DNA from: Bacteroidota bacterium
Lineage (GTDB): Bacteria > Bacteroidota > Bacteroidia > Palsa-948
Length of the DNA stretch: 54,142 nucleotides
Direction: 5' to 3'
Assembly (NCBI GenBank): GCA_023251625.1
Contig: JAHEYK010000003.1
Coordinates: forward strand, 1,380 to 55,521
In this document: one piece after another, positions 51,033 through 54,142 of the stretch
Layout of the letters: every line of letters begins with the position of its first letter
Numbering within the stretch: the first letter of the stretch is position 1
Position numbers and translations under genes: made by a program
Notes under the pieces: model-generated
Database searches by the model: none
What the model saw: only the letters and a program-made list of their open reading frames with translations
What the model was told of the DNA's origin: nothing

Positions 51033-53534
51033 TTAATTACCCTTGGATGGAGGCATCAGGTTAGGATCCACCTTGTCTTCGCTTTCTTTATCCTCTTTAA
51101 ATTCAAGATGGCCGAATTTCCAGGTGAAATTAAAACCAAAAGATCTGTAAGGCAGCTGGCGTTCGTTTGATATGGCAAAGTTTGTTCCGGCCTGTTCAGT
51201 TTTTTGGTCAATGTATTCATTCAGAAAGTTTGTAGCAGTGATCGCAATGCTTGCCTGTTTATGGAATAACTGTTTACGGAAGGCAAAGTTATACGTGGTG
51301 AATGAGGGTACTGTTCCCTGCGCATTGATCCGTGAAGAATTAAAATTCCCGAACAACTCTATAACCAGTGTTTTACTCATCTGGTAAGCAGCATTCAAAT
51401 TGGTGCGGTACATAAAACCATGCACATCGCCTCCGGAAGGAAGTCCTGTGGTGATGTATCGTTCAAAAAGTGAAATATTGGAACGCAGACTTAGCTTTTT
51501 AGTAAGAGGTATGTTTACAAAAAGACTCCATCCGATATTATCTTCTTTGCCAATATTATCACGCGATGTAATCGAAACATCATAATAAGTAACATTACCT
51601 ACCGTATAAGCGGAATAATACCGTGTATAGGGCTGAATATCGTTCCTGTTGCCCCGGTAAAAAAGTGTTGAATTAATATTTACCTTATTGGCAAAGCTCT
51701 TGTTAAAGCCAATTTCAATTTTATCTCCCGTTTCTGTTTTCAGGTCCGGTTTTCCGGTAGTTATGTTTTTAGGATCAGATAGATCAAGGAATGGGTTCAG
51801 GTCTTCGTAATCGGGCCTTTCAATGCGATGGGTATAGCTGAGCTTAAGCGTTTGCCTGTTCTCAAACGTATGCGATAGCACCACGGAAGGGACGAGCGTA
51901 TTATAGGATGGGATATTCAAATTACCTGAATTTGAAAAATTTGCTTTCGCTACTGTATATTCATCACGGCATCCCATTTTAATATCCAGCGCATCAAACA
52001 GTTTAAATGTACTTGAGAGATAACACGCATAAACCGTTCTGTCGAATGTTGAAGTATTGGATCGTGTATCAGAGTAGTCATAATTTCCGGAACCTATATT
52101 CAGCAAATACACATCCGACACAGCCTTGGTATGATAAAGCTCTGCTTTCGCACCGGCCTCTATCGTTGCATCTTCGCCGACAGGCTGTACATAGTTTATA
52201 GAAAAATTATTTTCATTTTCAAGGCCCGGGTTGTTTCCGTAAGAACTGCTTGTCAGTGTGTCATCCGAATATATCTTATATTGAGAATAGCTGTTTCCAT
52301 AGGAGGATGTATACAGGAGTTCCAGTTCCTGATCTTCCTTATCAAATTTCTTTGTATAGCCCAACTCGCAATCCAGCGCACCTTCATGGAATGTATTTAT
52401 TGTATTTATAACATCTGCATAACTAGCAAACACATTGCCGGATGCATCTACGGATGCTCCTTGCCTGGTGTTGTAACCCGAATTGTTATGACCGGCATAA
52501 TCATAGCCTATCGACCCTGAAATATTATTTTTAGGATTTATATCCCAATCAAAACCAATACCGGCTTCATATCCCTGCCTGCTGAAATCGCTTGAACCCT
52601 TTTGATCCAGCACAGAAGAAGAAGTGTCATCCTGCGAAGTTCGATGATTATTATTCAGTGTAGTAGAAAGCAGTTGAGCATTCCCGCTAAAAAAAGCATT
52701 CACACCAAAATGTCCTTTACGTACATTCAGGTTAAATGAGCCGTTCTCAAGGCGTGTGCCTCCGGATAAAGAAAGATTGCCATTTACTCCCTGGGCCGAA
52801 CTTTTTTTCAATAGAATATTGATAATGCCTCCGGTTCCTTCCGCATCGTATTTTGCACCCGGACTGGTGATCACTTCGACACTTTCGATCATGCTGGCAG
52901 GAATGGATTGCAGCACTTCCGCCACATTCTTGCCGAAAAGCACAGAAGGTTTTCCATTTATCAAAAAGCGGATGCTGGAACTGCCTTGTAATTCCACGTT
53001 TCCATTTACGTCTACCGATACTTCAGGGATTTTTTTCAGAATATCAGCCGCTACACCTGTTTGAGAGGTGATATCCTGATCTGCATGATAAACCATCTTG
53101 TCAATTTTATTTTCAATAAGTGCTTTTTCAGACGTAACAGTTACTTCTTTTAAAGTGGTTTGCTTGTTGGCCAATTTAATATCACCCAGGGAAAGTTCTG
53201 AATTTTCTTTACTCACAATAATATTGTTCTTAGCTCCGGTTTTGTAGCCAATAAAAAAGATCTGGACCTTGTAAGTACCATCTGCCACATTTGATATTTT
53301 AAAAACACCTTTCACGTCAGCGGTAGCGCCATTCACAATTTTTCCTTCCGCCTCTGTGAGCAGGCTGATCGAGGCATATTCTATAGGCTGGCCTGAAATG
53401 GAGTCGATGATTCGTCCGCTGATCTTCCCTCTTGCTTTTGCTTCAAGTTCCTGCGCATGCAAGGTGAATGCTGATAGGACAAAAGCAAAAAGTAAAAAAC
53501 AGGCTTGTTTCATAAGACGGGTAAATTTATTCAT
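51033..53534 (-). CDS. TonB-dependent receptor / outer-membrane beta-barrel protein with N-terminal carboxypeptidase-regulatory-like domain
   Basis: The signal is MNKFTRLMKQACFLLFAFVLSAFTLHAQ. The CarbopepD_reg segment is GKISGRIIDSISGQPIEYASISL, followed by a plug (ADILKKIPEVSVD, INGKP) and a barrel ending in FNFTWKF plus a tail. The ATG at 53534 is preferred over the TTG at 53537. Confidence 0.8.
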   Translation of the reverse strand: MNKFTRLMKQACFLLFAFVLSAFTLHAQELEAKARGKISGRIIDSISGQPIEYASISLLTEAEGKIVNGATADVKGVFKISNVADGTYKVQIFFIGYKTGAKNNIIVSKENSELSLGDIKLANKQTTLKEVTVTSEKALIENKIDKMVYHADQDITSQTGVAADILKKIPEVSVDVNGNVELQGSSSIRFLINGKPSVLFGKNVAEVLQSIPASMIESVEVITSPGAKYDAEGTGGIINILLKKSSAQGVNGNLSLSGGTRLENGSFNLNVRKGHFGVNAFFSGNAQLLSTTLNNNHRTSQDDTSSSVLDQKGSSDFSRQGYEAGIGFDWDINPKNNISGSIGYDYAGHNNSGYNTRQGASVDASGNVFASYADVINTINTFHEGALDCELGYTKKFDKEDQELELLYTSSYGNSYSQYKIYSDDTLTSSSYGNNPGLENENNFSINYVQPVGEDATIEAGAKAELYHTKAVSDVYLLNIGSGNYDYSDTRSNTSTFDRTVYACYLSSTFKLFDALDIKMGCRDEYTVAKANFSNSGNLNIPSYNTLVPSVVLSHTFENRQTLKLSYTHRIERPDYEDLNPFLDLSDPKNITTGKPDLKTETGDKIEIGFNKSFANKVNINSTLFYRGNRNDIQPYTRYYSAYTVGNVTYYDVSITSRDNIGKEDNIGWSLFVNIPLTKKLSLRSNISLFERYITTGLPSGGDVHGFMYRTNLNAAYQMSKTLVIELFGNFNSSRINAQGTVPSFTTYNFAFRKQLFHKQASIAITATNFLNEYIDQKTEQAGTNFAISNERQLPYRSFGFNFTWKFGHLEFKEDKESEDKVDPNLMPPSKGN

Positions 53535-53589
53535 CAAATCTGTAGAAATGCTGAAGTTGTGAATATATTCTTCAGTAATCTTTTTAGAT

Positions 53590-53597
53590 TATTTTTG
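53590..53597 (+). promoter_or_regulatory. Candidate -7 promoter box TATTTTTG, 12 nt upstream of the tRNA-Leu half-copy
   Basis: TAnnTTTG match. No comparable box lies in front of the intact tRNA at 53919. Confidence 0.4.
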
Positions 53598-53609
53598 CAC
53601 TCCTTTTCT

Positions 53610-53666
53610 GCTCAGGTGGTGGAACTGGTATACCTGCCTGCGCAGGCAGGCACGCAGGACTTAAAA
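53610..53666 (+). pseudogene. Duplicate of tRNA-Leu(UAA) nucleotides 1-38, interrupted by an 18-nt perfect palindrome
   Basis: GCTCAGGTGGTGGAACTGGTATAC, then [CCTGCCTGCGCAGGCAGG-type insert, 53634-53651], then ACGCAGGACTTAAAA. Apart from the insert it is identical to 53919-53957. There is no 3' half. Confidence 0.85.
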
Positions 53667-53675
53667 GTAAAACGC

Positions 53676-53915
53676 ATGTTTTATGTGTATGCCATAAGTA
53701 GCAGAGTCAAATCTTACATTTATGTAGGATTAACTGATAATTTAGAAAGGCGACTGAAACAGCATTTTGATGGAAGAAGTAAAACAACAAGACCCTATCG
53801 ACCCTTTGAATTGATTTATTCTGAAACAAAAGAGACACGTATAGCAGCAAGAGAAAGAGAAAAATATTTTAAGACAAGTAAAGGAAAAGATTATTTAAGA
53901 ACAATATCCAAATGA
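53676..53915 (+). CDS. Minimal GIY-YIG nuclease family protein (79 aa, UPF0213/YhbQ-like)
   Basis: MFYVYAISSRVKSYIYVGLTDNLERRLKQH...AREREKYFK carries the GIY, YIG, Arg and Glu motifs. The upstream part of the 136-aa track ORF reads through the pseudo-tRNA and is rejected. Confidence 0.8.
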   Translation: MFYVYAISSRVKSYIYVGLTDNLERRLKQHFDGRSKTTRPYRPFELIYSETKETRIAAREREKYFKTSKGKDYLRTISK

Positions 53916-53918
53916 ATA

Positions 53919-54004
53919 GCTCAGGTGGTGGAACTGGTATACACGCAGGACTTAAAATCCTGTGGGCCTAAAAGCCCGTACGGGTTCGATTCCCGTCCTG
54001 AGCA
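53919..54004 (+). tRNA. tRNA-Leu, anticodon UAA (class II, long variable arm; CCA not encoded)
   Basis: The acceptor GCTCAGG pairs with CCTGAGC plus a discriminator A. The anticodon stem-loop is CAGGA-CTTAAAA-TCCTG. The variable arm is GGGC-CTAAAA-GCCC. The T arm is ACGGG-TTCGATT-CCCGT. Confidence 0.9.
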
Positions 54005-54022
54005 CAAATTTTGTTGTACTTT

Positions 54023-54142
54023 ATGAAACGCATCATCGATTACAGAAAGCTTTTCGGCATTACCAAGAACGAAGATCTTGCCCAATTAAAAAGCATTTAC
54101 CGGAATTTAATGAAAGAATGGCACCCGGATAAATTCCAGGAA
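54023..54142 (+). CDS. J-domain (DnaJ-like) protein, N-terminal fragment (continues beyond window)
   Basis: My translation is MKRIIDYRKLFGITKNEDLAQLKSIYRNLMKEWHPDKFQE, with the HPD motif. Confidence 0.7.
   Translation, partial: MKRIIDYRKLFGITKNEDLAQLKSIYRNLMKEWHPDKFQE

Noticed and set aside
53505-53675. N-terminal 57 residues of the 136-aa track ORF (53505..53915)
   Set aside because: This part reads straight through the promoter box, the relic tRNA half and the palindrome. The recognisable GIY-YIG domain begins at the internal ATG at 53676.
53610-54004. Group I (or other) intron interrupting tRNA-Leu(UAA), by analogy with the cyanobacterial/plastid tRNA-Leu intron
   Set aside because: The downstream tRNA copy is complete from +1 to the discriminator base, so no splicing is needed. 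The intervening 252 nt is almost entirely the 240-nt GIY-YIG ORF. That leaves no room for a ribozyme core.

Overview
This is a Bacteroidota-type chromosomal segment. The evidence is four proteins with type-A T9SS C-terminal sorting domains, TAnnTTTG -7 promoter boxes, no obvious Shine-Dalgarno use and TonB-dependent receptors. All family calls were made by eye from the translations; no BLAST or HMM search was possible.

Gene order:
- surE (partial).
- A cobalamin-riboswitch-controlled BtuB-like receptor.
- A dienelactone hydrolase, a VF530 protein and an NYN-LOTUS protein.
- A minus-strand adhesin operon: two giant T9SS proteins (about 1915 and 2439 aa) that share a conserved C-terminal stalk plus sorting module, followed by a small secreted protein.
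- An MFS transporter, a Dph6-like ATP pyrophosphatase and an LVIVD-type T9SS protein.
- dapA, translationally chained to an AT-rich surface-glycan locus of about 21 kb (25.8-46.6 kb). It holds about 10 glycosyltransferases, 2 Wzy-like membrane proteins, WecE, WecB, an SDR epimerase, WcaF-like, 2 methyltransferases and a HisH/HisF/WbuX-type acetamidino module whose amidotransferase carries an extra GT-like N-terminal domain.
- rdgB, ddl, a PASTA protein, another T9SS protein and a second TonB-dependent receptor.
- A tRNA-Leu(UAA) locus and a partial J-domain gene.

No integrase, transposase, CRISPR array or rRNA was seen.

The most unusual structure is at 53.6-54.0 kb. A 79-codon GIY-YIG nuclease ORF is wedged between an exact duplicate of tRNA-Leu nucleotides 1-38 and the intact tRNA. 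The duplicate is disabled by an 18-nt perfect palindrome and retains the only promoter-like box. This looks like a minimal, self-repairing tRNA-targeting cassette.

Other notable items:
- The shared C-terminal cassette of the two giant adhesins.
- A frame-breaking heptanucleotide repeat inside a T9SS sorting domain.
- An in-frame palindromic insertion in rdgB.
- A heptamer-built inverted repeat upstream of surE.
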